This document shows, piece by piece, positions 29,794-40,196 of a stretch of 64,000 bases of DNA. Position 1 is the stretch's first letter; every line of letters begins with the position of its first letter. A program made the position numbers and the translations under genes. The notes beneath the pieces were generated by a model. It did not search any database. It was not told the DNA's origin and saw nothing but the letters and a program-made list of their open reading frames with translations. Source of the stretch: an uncultured delta proteobacterium (GTDB lineage: Bacteria > Desulfobacterota > Zymogenia > Zymogenales > Zymogenaceae); the NCBI GenBank assembly GCA_963735595.1, contig CAVTLK010000005.1:448001-512000 (forward strand), given 5' to 3'.

Positions 29794-32336
29794 CTATCGT
29801 TTCGCGAGCAGCCGCCGGATTTCGTCGGCCACGAATTCGGGGCTGGGGATCATCGCCGTTTCCAGGCCCTTCGCGTAGGCAATGGGGCATTCGGGGGCGG
29901 CGATCAGGACCGGCGCCCTCTTCAGGAGGCCCAGGCCCGCCCGGGCCGTCCGCGCGATCACCTCCGAGCCGATCCCCCCCGTGGCGCTCCCCTCCTCAAT
30001 ACAGACCAGCGTGCCCGTCTTCTGCAGCGAGTCAAGAACGGTCTTCATGTCAAGCGGATAGAGGGTTACCAGGTCGACTATCTCGGCCTGTATCCCGGCC
30101 TGATCGAGGAGCTTTGCCGCCTCCAGCGATACGCCCACGCCCAGGAGGTGCGTTACGATGGTTACGTCGTCGCCGCGCCGCACGATGCGGGCCTTGCCCA
30201 GCGGCAGCGTATAGTCTCCGTCGGGCACCACTCCTGTCTGGGGGTACAGCAGCTTGTGCTCAAAGACAATAACCGGGTTTTGTGAGCGGATCGCCGCCTT
30301 CAGTATCCCCTTTGCGGTATACGGGTCCGACGGCGCCACTGTTATCAGGCCGGGGATGCCGAAGAAGAAGCGCTCCATCGACTGGGAGTGCTGGGCGGCC
30401 ATGCCGATACCGCCGCCCACGGGCGTGCGTATGGTCAAGGGGACCGAGACCTGCCCGCCGGTCATGTACCTGATCTTGGCGGCCTGGTTCAGGATGGGGT
30501 CCATCGCGCAGGTCAGGAAGTCGGAAAAGAGGATCTCGGGGACGGGCACGAGCCCGGTGATCGCCGCACCCACCGCCCCGCCGATGATCCCGTTCTCGGA
30601 GATCGGCGTGTCTATGACCCGGTCGCTCCCGAACCGGTCGACCAGCCCCTCGGTAACGTTGAAGTAGCCGCCGAGGGTCACGTCCTCCCCCCAGATGAAG
30701 ACGCGCCCGTCGCGCTCCATCTCTTCGGCCAGGGCCTCGTTGATCGGCCTGCCCGACGGAAATGAGCCTGCCCTTCGGCTCGTCGAGAAAGCGCGCCCTC
30801 GAACAACGAACGGTCCTCGGGCGCGTATGTATGCTCGGTGAGGGTAGAGAGTGCCGGCTCCGGAGAGGCTTCGGCGGACCGCACCGCCGCGGCAACCACC
30901 GCGGCGGCTTCCTGCCTGACGGCGTCGATATCTTCCGGGGATGCGCCGCGCGCGGCAAGAAAGGCCGAAAACCGCTTGATCGGGCACTGCTTTCTTGTAT
31001 CGCTCTTTTTCCTCGGCGCTCCGGTAGCTCTCCGGCTCGCCCTCCATGTGCCCGTGCCAGCGGTAGGTCATGAGCTCCACCAGGCGCGGTTTCTTGTCCC
31101 GCCGAATCTTCCCGATGACGGCGCCGACCTTCTCGAAGACCTCCCGCACGTCGTTTCCGTCAGGCCCGGATTGCCTCGATATTGTAGGCGGCGGCCCGCT
31201 TATATATTTCGGGTAGGGCAGAGTGGCGCTCCACCGAGGTAAACTCGCCGTAGCGGTTGTTCTCGATGACAAACAGTACCGGAAGATTGAAGACGGCCGC
31301 CATATTGGCCGCCTCGTGGAACATCCCCTGGTTGACCGAGCCGTCGCCGGCGATGACGACCGAGACGTCGTCCCGCCCCTCTTTCTTGATGGTGAGCGCC
31401 GCGCCCATGGCAAGCAGGTAGCCGGCCCCGACGATCCCGTTGGCCCCAAGGATGCCCAATGCCGAATCGGTGACGTGCATCGAGCCGCCCTTGCCGGAGC
31501 ACAGGCCCGAGGCCTTTCCGTAGATCTCGGCCATCATACCGTTTATATCGGCCCCCTTGGCTATCACGTGGCCGTGCCCCCGGTGGGTGGTGTTGAGGTA
31601 GTCGGTGGGCCTCAAGTTCAGGCATACGCCGGCCGCCACCGCCTCCTGCCCTATGGACAGGTGTATGGCCTCCGTGGGGATCGCGCCCGCCCTGAACGCC
31701 GTCGAAAGGTGTTCTTCGAAGGCGCGGATAAGAGACATGGTCTTGAGTATATCGAGGTCCCGGGGGGCGGCCGGCTTAGCGGCCTTTGCCGGGCGGGGCG
31801 CCGCCTTCGGTGCGGTGTCGACCAATACAAGCGGCACGGAGCCCAGCGCCGCGAGATCATACCCCCGCTTCTTCAGCACGGGCAGCCAGGAAAAACGCCG
31901 CAGCTTTTTGACCTTCCGGACTCTGTTCCAAAAGGTCTCCCCTGCCGGCCTCCTGGAGGACCCCCGGATAGAGGGCAAACGCCGGTTTGAGGGCGGGCAG
32001 GAGCTTGAGGGCCTTCTGGATGGACCCCTTGGCGATGATCTTACGAGAGGCGATGGCCAGCGGGACGTTGAGCTGCTCCATCCAGAACAGGTGGCTCGTC
32101 TGGCCGGACAGAATCATCTCCACGTCCGGGTCCTCGGGGGCCTTCGGGTCCCAGTAGAACCGGGGGGTGGCCCCCCGGGTGTCGACATACAGGTCGGCAT
32201 CGGGATCGGTGAGGCGGAACTTTACCAGGATCCTGGACTGGCCGACGCTCTTGATTATCTGCGGATTGGAGAGGATCTTGTCCCAGAGGATGGTGAGGAT
32301 ACGGACCATCTCCTCTCTGTCGGAAAATGGTTTCAT
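29794..32336 (-). CDS. SCP2 domain + ThDP-dependent dehydrogenase E1 alpha/beta fusion (acetoin dehydrogenase-like), frameshifted
   Basis: SCP2 domain (31857..32336). E1alpha: HLSIGQEA, THRGHG, GKGGSMH, GDG..ENN, TYRWHGH. E1beta: GEDV, DTPISE, AAQHSQ, FEHK. Several 1-nt indels at about 31920, 31165, 30990 and 30750-30800. Confidence 0.75.
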
Positions 32337-32486
32337 CGGATAACTCCGAATGAACGTTGTTATGTCAGATAAAAATAACTAAAAGTGCATGAGATGTCAA
32401 GGAATTTATCCAAACCGCGCGGGTGGTTTTTTGTTATCAAATTGCCCTGTTTATGGTATCATTTTCTTTCAATTCGGGAGCTCTCG

Positions 32487-33506
32487 GTGATCCTTGGAGG
32501 CGATATCGGCGGCACGAAGACCAAGCTCGGGCTTTTCGAGCCAGCGGAGCAGGGCCTGGTCTGTACCAGGAAGAAGACCTACCGCTCGCGGGAGCACCCG
32601 TCGATCTTTTCGATCCTTGAGGATTTCATCAATACCGGCGAAACGGTCCGATCGGTCTGCCTTGGGGTGGCGGGTCCGGTGGAGGGGGGAAGGGTCAGCG
32701 CGACGAATCTCCCCTGGAAATTTAGCGCGGACCAGATCGCCTCGGCCGTCGGCGCCGGGGCCAGGGTTTTCCTGCTGAACGACCTGGTGGCCCTGTCCCT
32801 CGGGGTCGTCGGCCTCTCCCCCCCGGATATCGTCCCCCTCAAGGGAGGGGCGGCCGATCCCAGCGGAGTCCGCGCCGTGATCGCGGCCGGGACGGGCCTG
32901 GGGCAGGGGTACCTCGTCCCAACACCGGGCGGCAGCTCGTTCAGGGCGCTGCCCTCGGAGGGCGGCCATGCGGACTTTTCACCCCGGACCGAGACGGAGG
33001 CCGACCTCTGGCGGCACCTCAGGAGGCGGTTCGGCCGCGTCAGCACCGAGCGGGTCGTCTCGGGCGGCGGGATCGCCGCCGTTTATGAGTTCCTGCGGGA
33101 CGTCAAACGCCTCGATCCCGATCCCCAGATTGAACAGGCCCTGGCCGGCCCCGACCCGAACCCGGTCATCGCAGAGCGCGCCGCCGGCTGGGAGTGCCCC
33201 ATTGCCCGGATGACGTTTGACGTCTTCCTGTCGGCCTACGGGGCCGAGGCGGGCGACCTGGCGCTCACGCTGTTTGCCACGGGAGGGGTCTACGTGGGGG
33301 GCGGCATTGCCCGGAAGAACCTCTCACTTCTCAAGAGCGGGCCCTTTATCGACGCCTTCCTTGACAAGGGAAGGTTCAGGGGACTCATGGAGCGGATACC
33401 GGTCTGGGCGGTGGTCAACGAGGACGTCGAGATCATCGGCGCGGCGGGATTCGCCGAACAGGCGACACGGGAAAACAACTCACCTTCATATACCATCGCT
33501 ACGTGA
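32487..33506 (+). CDS. glk: Glucokinase
   Basis: GDIGGTKT, GVAGPV, TNLPW, LLNDL, GTGLG, SEGGH, ERVVSG, GGVYVGGGI. Confidence 0.92.
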   Translation: MILGGDIGGTKTKLGLFEPAEQGLVCTRKKTYRSREHPSIFSILEDFINTGETVRSVCLGVAGPVEGGRVSATNLPWKFSADQIASAVGAGARVFLLNDLVALSLGVVGLSPPDIVPLKGGAADPSGVRAVIAAGTGLGQGYLVPTPGGSSFRALPSEGGHADFSPRTETEADLWRHLRRRFGRVSTERVVSGGGIAAVYEFLRDVKRLDPDPQIEQALAGPDPNPVIAERAAGWECPIARMTFDVFLSAYGAEAGDLALTLFATGGVYVGGGIARKNLSLLKSGPFIDAFLDKGRFRGLMERIPVWAVVNEDVEIIGAAGFAEQATRENNSPSYTIAT

Positions 33507-33518
33507 CAGGAGGGACAG

Positions 33519-34442
33519 ATGCCACTAACCTCAACCAGAGAGATGTTCGAGAAGGCCTACCGCGGGGGGTATGCCGTCGGGGCGTTCAACGTCAACAACA
33601 TGGAGATCATCCAGGGGATCGTGGAGGCCGCCGATGCCGAGCGCGCGCCGTTGATCCTGCAGGTCTCGGCGGGCGCCCGTAAATACGCCAACCCGGTCTA
33701 CCTGAGGAAGCTCGTGGAAGCGGCGGTAGAGACCACGACCATCCCGATCGCGCTTCACCTGGATCACGGGGAGACCTTCGACATCGCCAAGTCGTGCATT
33801 GACGGCGGGTTCACGTCGGTCATGATAGACGGCTCCAAACACCCCTTCGAGGAAAACGTCCGGCTCACCACGGAAGTGGTGGTCTACGCACATGCCCGGG
33901 GGGTGCCGGTGGAGGCGGAGCTGGGCAAGCTCGCGGGCATAGAGGACGCGATCAAGAGCAAGGAGTCGGTCTTTACCGACCCCGACGAGGCGGTAGAGTT
34001 CGTGAAGCGTACCGGGTGCGACTCGCTGGCCGTCTCGGTGGGCACCTCCCACGGGGCGTACAAGTTCAAGGGCGAGCCGACGCTGGACATGGAGCGGTTG
34101 GCGACGATCACCAAGAAGCTGCCCGGCTACCCGCTGGTGCTCCACGGCTCTTCGTCGGTCCTGCCCCAGTTTGTTGAGGAGGCCAATAAGTACGGAGGAA
34201 ACCTCCCCGGGGCCAAGGGTGTGCCAGAGGACCTGATCCGCAAGGCCGCGGCGATGGGGGTATGCAAGGTCAATATCGATACGGACCTGAGACTGGCGAT
34301 GACGTCCACGATCAGGAGGGTCATGGCCGAGAGCCCGGCCGAGTTTGACCCCCGCAAATACCTGGGTCCCGCCCGGGACGCGATCAGGGAGGTCGTCCGG
34401 CATAAATTGGTTAATGTGCTGGGGTGCGCGGGAAAAGCGTAA
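33519..34442 (+). CDS. fba: Class II fructose-1,6-bisphosphate aldolase
   Basis: GAFNVNNME, LHLDHG, SVMIDGS, EAELG, GTSHGAYK, VLHGSS, KVNIDTD, FDPRKYL. Confidence 0.95.
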   Translation: MPLTSTREMFEKAYRGGYAVGAFNVNNMEIIQGIVEAADAERAPLILQVSAGARKYANPVYLRKLVEAAVETTTIPIALHLDHGETFDIAKSCIDGGFTSVMIDGSKHPFEENVRLTTEVVVYAHARGVPVEAELGKLAGIEDAIKSKESVFTDPDEAVEFVKRTGCDSLAVSVGTSHGAYKFKGEPTLDMERLATITKKLPGYPLVLHGSSSVLPQFVEEANKYGGNLPGAKGVPEDLIRKAAAMGVCKVNIDTDLRLAMTSTIRRVMAESPAEFDPRKYLGPARDAIREVVRHKLVNVLGCAGKA

Positions 34443-34448
34443 AATATC

Positions 34449-34481
34449 TTCGGGGGAACCTTCAATACAGGTTCCCCCGAA
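34449..34481. terminator. Hairpin between convergent fba and crotonase genes
   Basis: TTCGGGGGAACCT / AGGTTCCCCCGAA perfect 13-bp stem. Confidence 0.7.
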
Positions 34482-34502
34482 CAACACTTCATGGGACGTT
34501 CC

Positions 34503-35309
34503 TTATCTCCCCTTAAAGCGAGCCGGACGTTTCTCGATAAACGCGGAAATCCCCTCCCGCGTATCCTCGGACGAAGCGAGCCACATAATGCTGCCCCGCT
34601 CGATGGCGAGGGCCGCCTCAACGCTGTCGCACGTGATCGAATTGACGATCACGTTCTTTGCCGCCCGGAGCGTTAGGGGTGGCTTTGCCATCATGGCGGC
34701 GACTGTTTTTTCCACTTCTTCGAAAAGGGCTCCTTGTGTCGGGAGGACCTTATTAACCAACCCCCATTGATGAGCTTCTTGTGCCGTGAGTACCTCCCCG
34801 GTATATATCATCTCCTTTGCCTTTCTGACCGCAATCGCCCGGGGAAGACGGACGGTGCCGCCCCAACCGGGAAGGAGCCCGATATTGATCTCGGGAAAAC
34901 CGAAGGTCGCATCTTCAACACAATAAATGAAGTCGCAAAAGAGAGCCAGTTCGAGCCCGCCCGCGTAACAGATGCCGTTTACCGCAGCGATCAGGGGTTT
35001 TTCCATATGCGTCATGTAATATTGCAGGATATTTCCTTTCTGATACATAAGGTCGTACGCGCTCACGTGATCCAGGGTCTGAAACAGCCTGATATCCCCT
35101 CCGGCCGAGAATACCTTTTCGCCGACTCCTGTTAAAACGACGCATCGAATCGTGTTATCGCGGGCCGTCTCGCCCATCACCTCGACAAGCTCGTTTTGCA
35201 TCGTCTCGGTGATGGCGTTCATCATCTTTTCGTTGTTCAGCGTCAGATAGAGCACTTCCCCGTCCTTCCCTTTCCGTTCATAGATGAGCCTCTTATACTT
35301 ACCGGCCAT
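34503..35309 (-). CDS. Enoyl-CoA hydratase/isomerase family protein
   Basis: FSAGGDI, KPLIAAVNGICYAGGLELA, FPEINIGLLPGWGGT, AFIEKRPARFKGR. Confidence 0.92.
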   Translation of the reverse strand: MAGKYKRLIYERKGKDGEVLYLTLNNEKMMNAITETMQNELVEVMGETARDNTIRCVVLTGVGEKVFSAGGDIRLFQTLDHVSAYDLMYQKGNILQYYMTHMEKPLIAAVNGICYAGGLELALFCDFIYCVEDATFGFPEINIGLLPGWGGTVRLPRAIAVRKAKEMIYTGEVLTAQEAHQWGLVNKVLPTQGALFEEVEKTVAAMMAKPPLTLRAAKNVIVNSITCDSVEAALAIERGSIMWLASSEDTREGISAFIEKRPARFKGR

Positions 35310-35689
35310 TCTATTTTCCCTCCATATGGTATACTCCCGGGCTATATATAACACATTTCGATAACCTTTGCGTTATTGTATTCAGGTTTGAGGATCAGGG
35401 ATCGCGGATCAGTCCTTCACGGATTACTGACGGAGCCATCAATTTCCCTGATGGGAATCAGAGTCAATCCTGTAATTGGGGAAGGGAAAGAATCGACGGG
35501 AAAGGTTCGGTCGGAGGCCAGGTTAACACTCTGCTACAATAAGGTAGTCTCTCAAATGGTTTGTGTCTCGATTCGAGCCTTGAAAATAGAACGGGCGCGA
35601 CACATCATATCGCGCCCGCATAAACGTAATCTCACCCTTCCTTCGCCCCCCAATCGGGGCCCCAAAAAATACTTACATTTCCGGTATGA

Positions 35690-36507
35690 CTACTGCAGCT
35701 TGATCTCTCCCTTGCCCCACCGCGGGCCGGTCTGCTTTTCCTCAACGCATATACCGGTGACCAGCGAATCTGCCTTTTCCCGGTCACGCCGGGACATGTC
35801 GATATCCCCCTTCATCAGAAACGCCCTGGCCCTGCCGCAGTATGCCTGCGCGAGGTAGCCGGTCTGCAGCTCGGAATAGCGGGCGATGGCGCTCGAGTAG
35901 TCCGATAATGCGCTGTCGTAGTAACCGAGGGCCATATCGACCTCGGCGCGGTTGAAGTAGGCCGGGGCAAACGTGTCGTCGCTGATGATCGCTTCGTTGT
36001 ACCACGAGAGGGCCTTCTCCTGATCGCCGCGCTCCTTGGCGATGTTGCCCAGGAGGTTCTGTGCCCGGGCGAAGGACGGGTTGATGGTCAACGCCTGCGT
36101 AAGATCGCGCACGGCGGTCGCCATATTGCCGGTCCTGTAGTTCAGAAGGCCGCTCAAGAAATAGGCATCCGCCGAATCGGGGAATTCTGCGATGAACCCG
36201 TCGATCTCGGCCCGGGCAAGGTCGTACTTCTCGAGGCCCACGTACAACTCCGTCCGCACCAGGCGCATCTTCAACCGCGTCGGCCCGTCGACCCCGGTAA
36301 ACGCCATCGCCTGGTTGATATAGTCAAGCGATACGTCCAGATTTCCGGCGTTGAATGCGATGAGACCCAGGGAATAAAGATCGGCCGCCTTCTCGGCGTC
36401 CGGCCCGGCAGGCGTGCCGGTCGTCCCCGGTCCCGCAGGAGGCAGGGGGGGCAGCCCGCGGATACGATCGCCGCGAGAAGGGCACAGAGCAGGACAAGCT
36501 TTTTCAC
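35690..36507 (-). CDS. TPR-repeat lipoprotein, frameshifted near 36300-36440
   Basis: Signal peptide and lipobox IVSAGC (36271..36507). TPR units AYFLSGLL, AQNLLGNI, AYFNRAEV, AYCGRARA (35690..36307). Confidence 0.8.
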
Positions 36508-36694
36508 GTCAGTAACTCCCGAATATTTATAATACCCAATACGGCCGGGCGCCTATCCCGGCCGTTCAAACAGTACTCATCGTATCACGATTCGGAGGGT
36601 TTGAAAAGGGATAATCAGGCCGCTCTCGTTTCCCTTGACCGGGAGGGCGGGCGCCCCTATAATGGAGGGACTTCCTATACGCACGGGGGATACC

Positions 36695-37058
36695 ATGGGA
36701 AAAACGATGGAGCTCTACGAAGCACACCTGAAGAAGGATTTCACCGCCGTCGGCGGCCTCTCGAAGGACGAGCTGTCGTTCCTGCTGGCGGTCCATGAAA
36801 AAAAGGTGGACTATTTCAAGGAAGAGCGAAAGATGCACTTCCTCGCGTTCATGCTGGTTACGCTCCTGTTCTTCATCATCCTTCCCCGGACATTCGAGGA
36901 TCAGTTCCGGCTGGCCTTCGTGCTCCTGGAGGCCCTCCTCTTCGTACTGATGGTTCCGTATATCTTTTATTACGCCTGGTACGAGAACCGGCTGCAGGAA
37001 GCTCGAGGCGCTCTACTTCGTGATCTTCGAGGCGGCGGCAAAGGCGGGGAATAAATGA
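36695..37058 (+). CDS. Small two-TM hypothetical protein; probable frameshift near the C-terminus
   Basis: YFKEERKMHFLAFMLVTLL..PYIFYYAWYENR; an alternative frame gives KLEALYFVIFE..NK*. Confidence 0.6.
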
Positions 37059-37225
37059 TTTACAGGCGGCCGAAAAGCTGATACGATAAAGTCACCTCGC
37101 AAAAGTTTCCTTTTTCGAGGGGGCCGACGGGGAAGAAGGGAGAAGCCCGATCTTTATGCGACACGGCCGCGGTTGATATTGGCGGTATCGGCCGTTGTCT
37201 CCACTATCTCATTGAGGAGTGTCTG

Positions 37226-38038
37226 ATGATCAGGGTGGTTGTATCAGGGGCGGCAGGCAGGATGGGCAGGCAGGTAATCGCCGCGATCGCCGAGGATGAC
37301 GAGATAGCCGTCTCCGGCGCGCTGGAGGCGCCCGGCCACCCGGCCCTGGGGGGCGACGCCGGGGCTCTCGCGGGATTACCCGAAAACAAGATTATCATCA
37401 CGGACGATATCGCCGCGGCCTTCGACGACGCCGATATGGTCATAGATTTTTCCGGGCCCCGGTCGTCCCTGGCGGCGATCGCGGAGGCGGCAAAACGGAC
37501 AATGCCGGCGGTCTCCGGGACCACGGGGCTTTCCGAGGAAGACGTCGCGAAGGTCAACGCGTTTGCCAAGAAGATACCCATCGTCATGACGCCGAACATG
37601 AGCGTCGGGGTCAACCTCCTGTTTGCCCTTTCCGATGAGGTGGCGCGGGTGCTGGGCGATGAGTTTGACGTCGAGATCATCGAGGCCCACCACAACCAGA
37701 AGGTCGACGCGCCCAGCGGGACGGCGCGGCGGCTGTTCGAGATCATATCCCGCGCCCTCCGGCGTGACCCCCTGCAGGTCGGTGTCTACGGCAGGCAGGG
37801 GATGGTGGGCAAACGCCCGCCGGGCGAGATCGGCATCCACGCGGTGAGGGCGGGGGACATCGTCGGCGAGCACACGGTCCTCTTTGTCTCGGAGGGAGAG
37901 CGGGTCGAGCTTGTACACCGGCTGACCAGCCGCATGAGCCTTGCCCGCGGGGCCGTCCGGGCGGCGCGCTGGGTGGTCGGGAAGGCGCCGGGCCTGTACG
38001 ACATGCAGGATGTTTTGGCGTTGCGGAGGAAGCGGTAA
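37226..38038 (+). CDS. dapB: 4-hydroxy-tetrahydrodipicolinate reductase
   Basis: GAAGRMG, IDFS, SGTTG, PNMSVGVN, EAHHNQKVDAPSGTA, RAGDIVGEH. Confidence 0.96.
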   Translation: MIRVVVSGAAGRMGRQVIAAIAEDDEIAVSGALEAPGHPALGGDAGALAGLPENKIIITDDIAAAFDDADMVIDFSGPRSSLAAIAEAAKRTMPAVSGTTGLSEEDVAKVNAFAKKIPIVMTPNMSVGVNLLFALSDEVARVLGDEFDVEIIEAHHNQKVDAPSGTARRLFEIISRALRRDPLQVGVYGRQGMVGKRPPGEIGIHAVRAGDIVGEHTVLFVSEGERVELVHRLTSRMSLARGAVRAARWVVGKAPGLYDMQDVLALRRKR

Positions 38039-38081
38039 CCGGCTCCGGGGGTGCGGCGGGCCGTGAAAGGCTGAGTGGTTC

Positions 38082-38843
38082 ATGAAGATAGCACGATTTG
38101 AGCGCGACGGCGCGGTCAGGTACGGGATCGTCGAGGGACAATCGCTGGTCGAACTGTCGGATTCCAATCCCGCCGACCCCAAAAAGGGGCATAACGTCTT
38201 TTCGATAGACACGGTGCGGCTGCTTTCACCCACGGCCCCCCTCAAGGTGGTGGCGGTAGGGCTCAACTACCTGGACCACGCCAAAGAGATGGGGATGACG
38301 CCCCCGGAAGACCCGATCCTCTTCATCAAGCCCTCCACCTCGGTCATCGGGCCGGGCGACGATATCGTGATGCCCGAAAGCAGCACGCGGGTCGATTACG
38401 AGGGGGAGCTTGCCATCATCATGGGAAAGCGCGCCAAAGACGTCTCGGTTGCCGAAGCCAAAGGCTATATATTCGGCTACACCTGCCTCAACGACGTGAC
38501 CGCCCGTGACCTTCAGGCAAAAGATGTCCAGTTTACCCGCGCCAAATCGTTTGACACCTTCTGCCCCATCGGGCCCTGGGTGGAGACGGAGCTTGACCCC
38601 TACGCCCTGCCGATCGAGACGCGCCTCAACGGCACAACCGTCCAGAGCTCCAACACGGCCCAGATGAAGTGGGGGGCCTATGAGCTGGTGTCGTTCATAT
38701 CCTCGGTGATGACGCTGCTTCCCGGCGACGTCGTCGCGACGGGCACCCCCCCCGGCATCGGCCCGATGGCGCCGGGCGACCGGGTGGAGGTGATCATTAC
38801 GGGTATCGGGACCCTCGCCAACCAGACCAGACGTTTACCATAA
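38082..38843 (+). CDS. Fumarylacetoacetate hydrolase family protein
   Basis: VGLNYLDH, DYEGEL, NDVTARD, AKSFDTFCPIGP, TGTPPG. Confidence 0.93.
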   Translation: MKIARFERDGAVRYGIVEGQSLVELSDSNPADPKKGHNVFSIDTVRLLSPTAPLKVVAVGLNYLDHAKEMGMTPPEDPILFIKPSTSVIGPGDDIVMPESSTRVDYEGELAIIMGKRAKDVSVAEAKGYIFGYTCLNDVTARDLQAKDVQFTRAKSFDTFCPIGPWVETELDPYALPIETRLNGTTVQSSNTAQMKWGAYELVSFISSVMTLLPGDVVATGTPPGIGPMAPGDRVEVIITGIGTLANQTRRLP

Positions 38844-38879
38844 CCATCCACATCGGACCGAACAGGAGCATTACGCGGC

Positions 38880-40046
38880 ATGAAGATTACCTATGCGGAC
38901 AGAATTTTGAATCTCCCCCCCTATCTCTTCGAGCGGATAGACCGGATCAAGAACGAAATGGCGGCCAAAGGCGCCGATATCATCGACCTGGGGGTGGGCG
39001 ACCCGGATATCCCCACGCCCGCGCCCGTCGTGGAGGTGCTCTCCCGGGAGGCGGCTAAGCCCGAGAACCACCGCTACCCCTTCACCGCGGGGCTTTCGGC
39101 CTTTCGGACGGCGGTGGCCGGCTGGTACTCCCGGCGCTTCGGGGTAACGCTCGACCCAAACGGGGAGGTCATCTCGGTCATTGGGTCAAAGGAGGGGCTC
39201 TCCCACATTCCGCTTGCCTTCGTCAATCCCGGAGACGTGGTGCTGGTCCCGGAGCCGGGCTACCCGGTCTACGCCATTACGTCGGCCTTCGTGGGCGCCG
39301 AAGTCCACTACATGCCGCTGGTCGCCGCCAATAATTTCCTGCCCGACCTTTCGGCGATCCCGAAGTCGGTTGCGGACAGGGCGGCGCTGATGTTTCTCAA
39401 CTACCCGAACAACCCCACGTCCGCCACGGCCACCCCGGACTATTTCAGAGACGTCGTTGCCTTTGCCGATAAACACAACATCGTCGTCTGTCACGACGCC
39501 GCCTACTCCGAGGTCTACTACGGCAGCAAGGAGCCCGCGAGCTTCCTTGCGATCGACGGCGCCCGGGAGGTGGGGATGGAGATCCACAGCCTCTCCAAGA
39601 CCTTCAACATGACCGGCTGGCGTATCGGCTTTGCCGTGGGAAACCGGCAGATCGTCGGGGGACTGGCGAAGGTCAAGTCCAACATGGACTCCGGGGTGTT
39701 CCAGGCGATACAGCTTGCCGCGGGCTGGGCGCTTGACCACGCGGAAGAATTGACGCCCCCGATCCGGGCGGTCTACGAGCGGCGGCGGGGGGTGCTGGCC
39801 GAGGCTTTGAGCGCCGCGGGCCTGGAATACCGGATGCCGGAGGCGAGCTTCTACTTCTGGGTCAAGACGCCGAAGGGCCAGACCTCCGAGGCGTTTGCCG
39901 CGATGCTCATCCAGAGGGCCCACATCGTGGCCACGCCGGGGTCTGGCTTCGGCCCGAGCGGCGAGGGCTACGTCCGGTTTACCCTGTGCGCCCCGGAAGA
40001 GCGCCTCACCGAGGCGGGGGAACGGATCGTAGAGGCGATGAAGTAA
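38880..40046 (+). CDS. dapL: LL-diaminopimelate aminotransferase
   Basis: LPPYLF, DLGVGDPD, IGSKEG, NYPNNPT, HDAAYSE, HSLSKTFNMTGWRIG; clustered with dapB. Confidence 0.85.
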   Translation: MKITYADRILNLPPYLFERIDRIKNEMAAKGADIIDLGVGDPDIPTPAPVVEVLSREAAKPENHRYPFTAGLSAFRTAVAGWYSRRFGVTLDPNGEVISVIGSKEGLSHIPLAFVNPGDVVLVPEPGYPVYAITSAFVGAEVHYMPLVAANNFLPDLSAIPKSVADRAALMFLNYPNNPTSATATPDYFRDVVAFADKHNIVVCHDAAYSEVYYGSKEPASFLAIDGAREVGMEIHSLSKTFNMTGWRIGFAVGNRQIVGGLAKVKSNMDSGVFQAIQLAAGWALDHAEELTPPIRAVYERRRGVLAEALSAAGLEYRMPEASFYFWVKTPKGQTSEAFAAMLIQRAHIVATPGSGFGPSGEGYVRFTLCAPEERLTEAGERIVEAMK

Positions 40047-40074
40047 AAAGCACCGCGTTAAGACGGGCGGCTGG

Positions 40075-40132
40075 TTGCCACGCCCCCTTCGGGGGCTCGC
40101 AATGACAATGATAATCGTCGCCGAAGGCGACA
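40075..40132. repeat. REP-like palindromic unit (..CTCGCAATGAC) plus GTCGCC/GGCGAC hairpin
   Basis: TTGCCACGCCCCCTTCGGGGGCTCGCAATGAC followed by TAATCGTCGCCGAAGGCGACA; both parts recur at 41231-41299. Confidence 0.75.
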
Positions 40133-40196
40133 TTCTTACGAATAGCCGTCCCTACAGATACTAATACGATCAATTAAAATACCAGCGGAGGATACT

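Noticed and set aside
35520..35590. c-di-GMP-I riboswitch (CAAACCATT on the - strand)
   Set aside because: It lacks the GNRA-capped P2 and the GCAAA/P3 elements.
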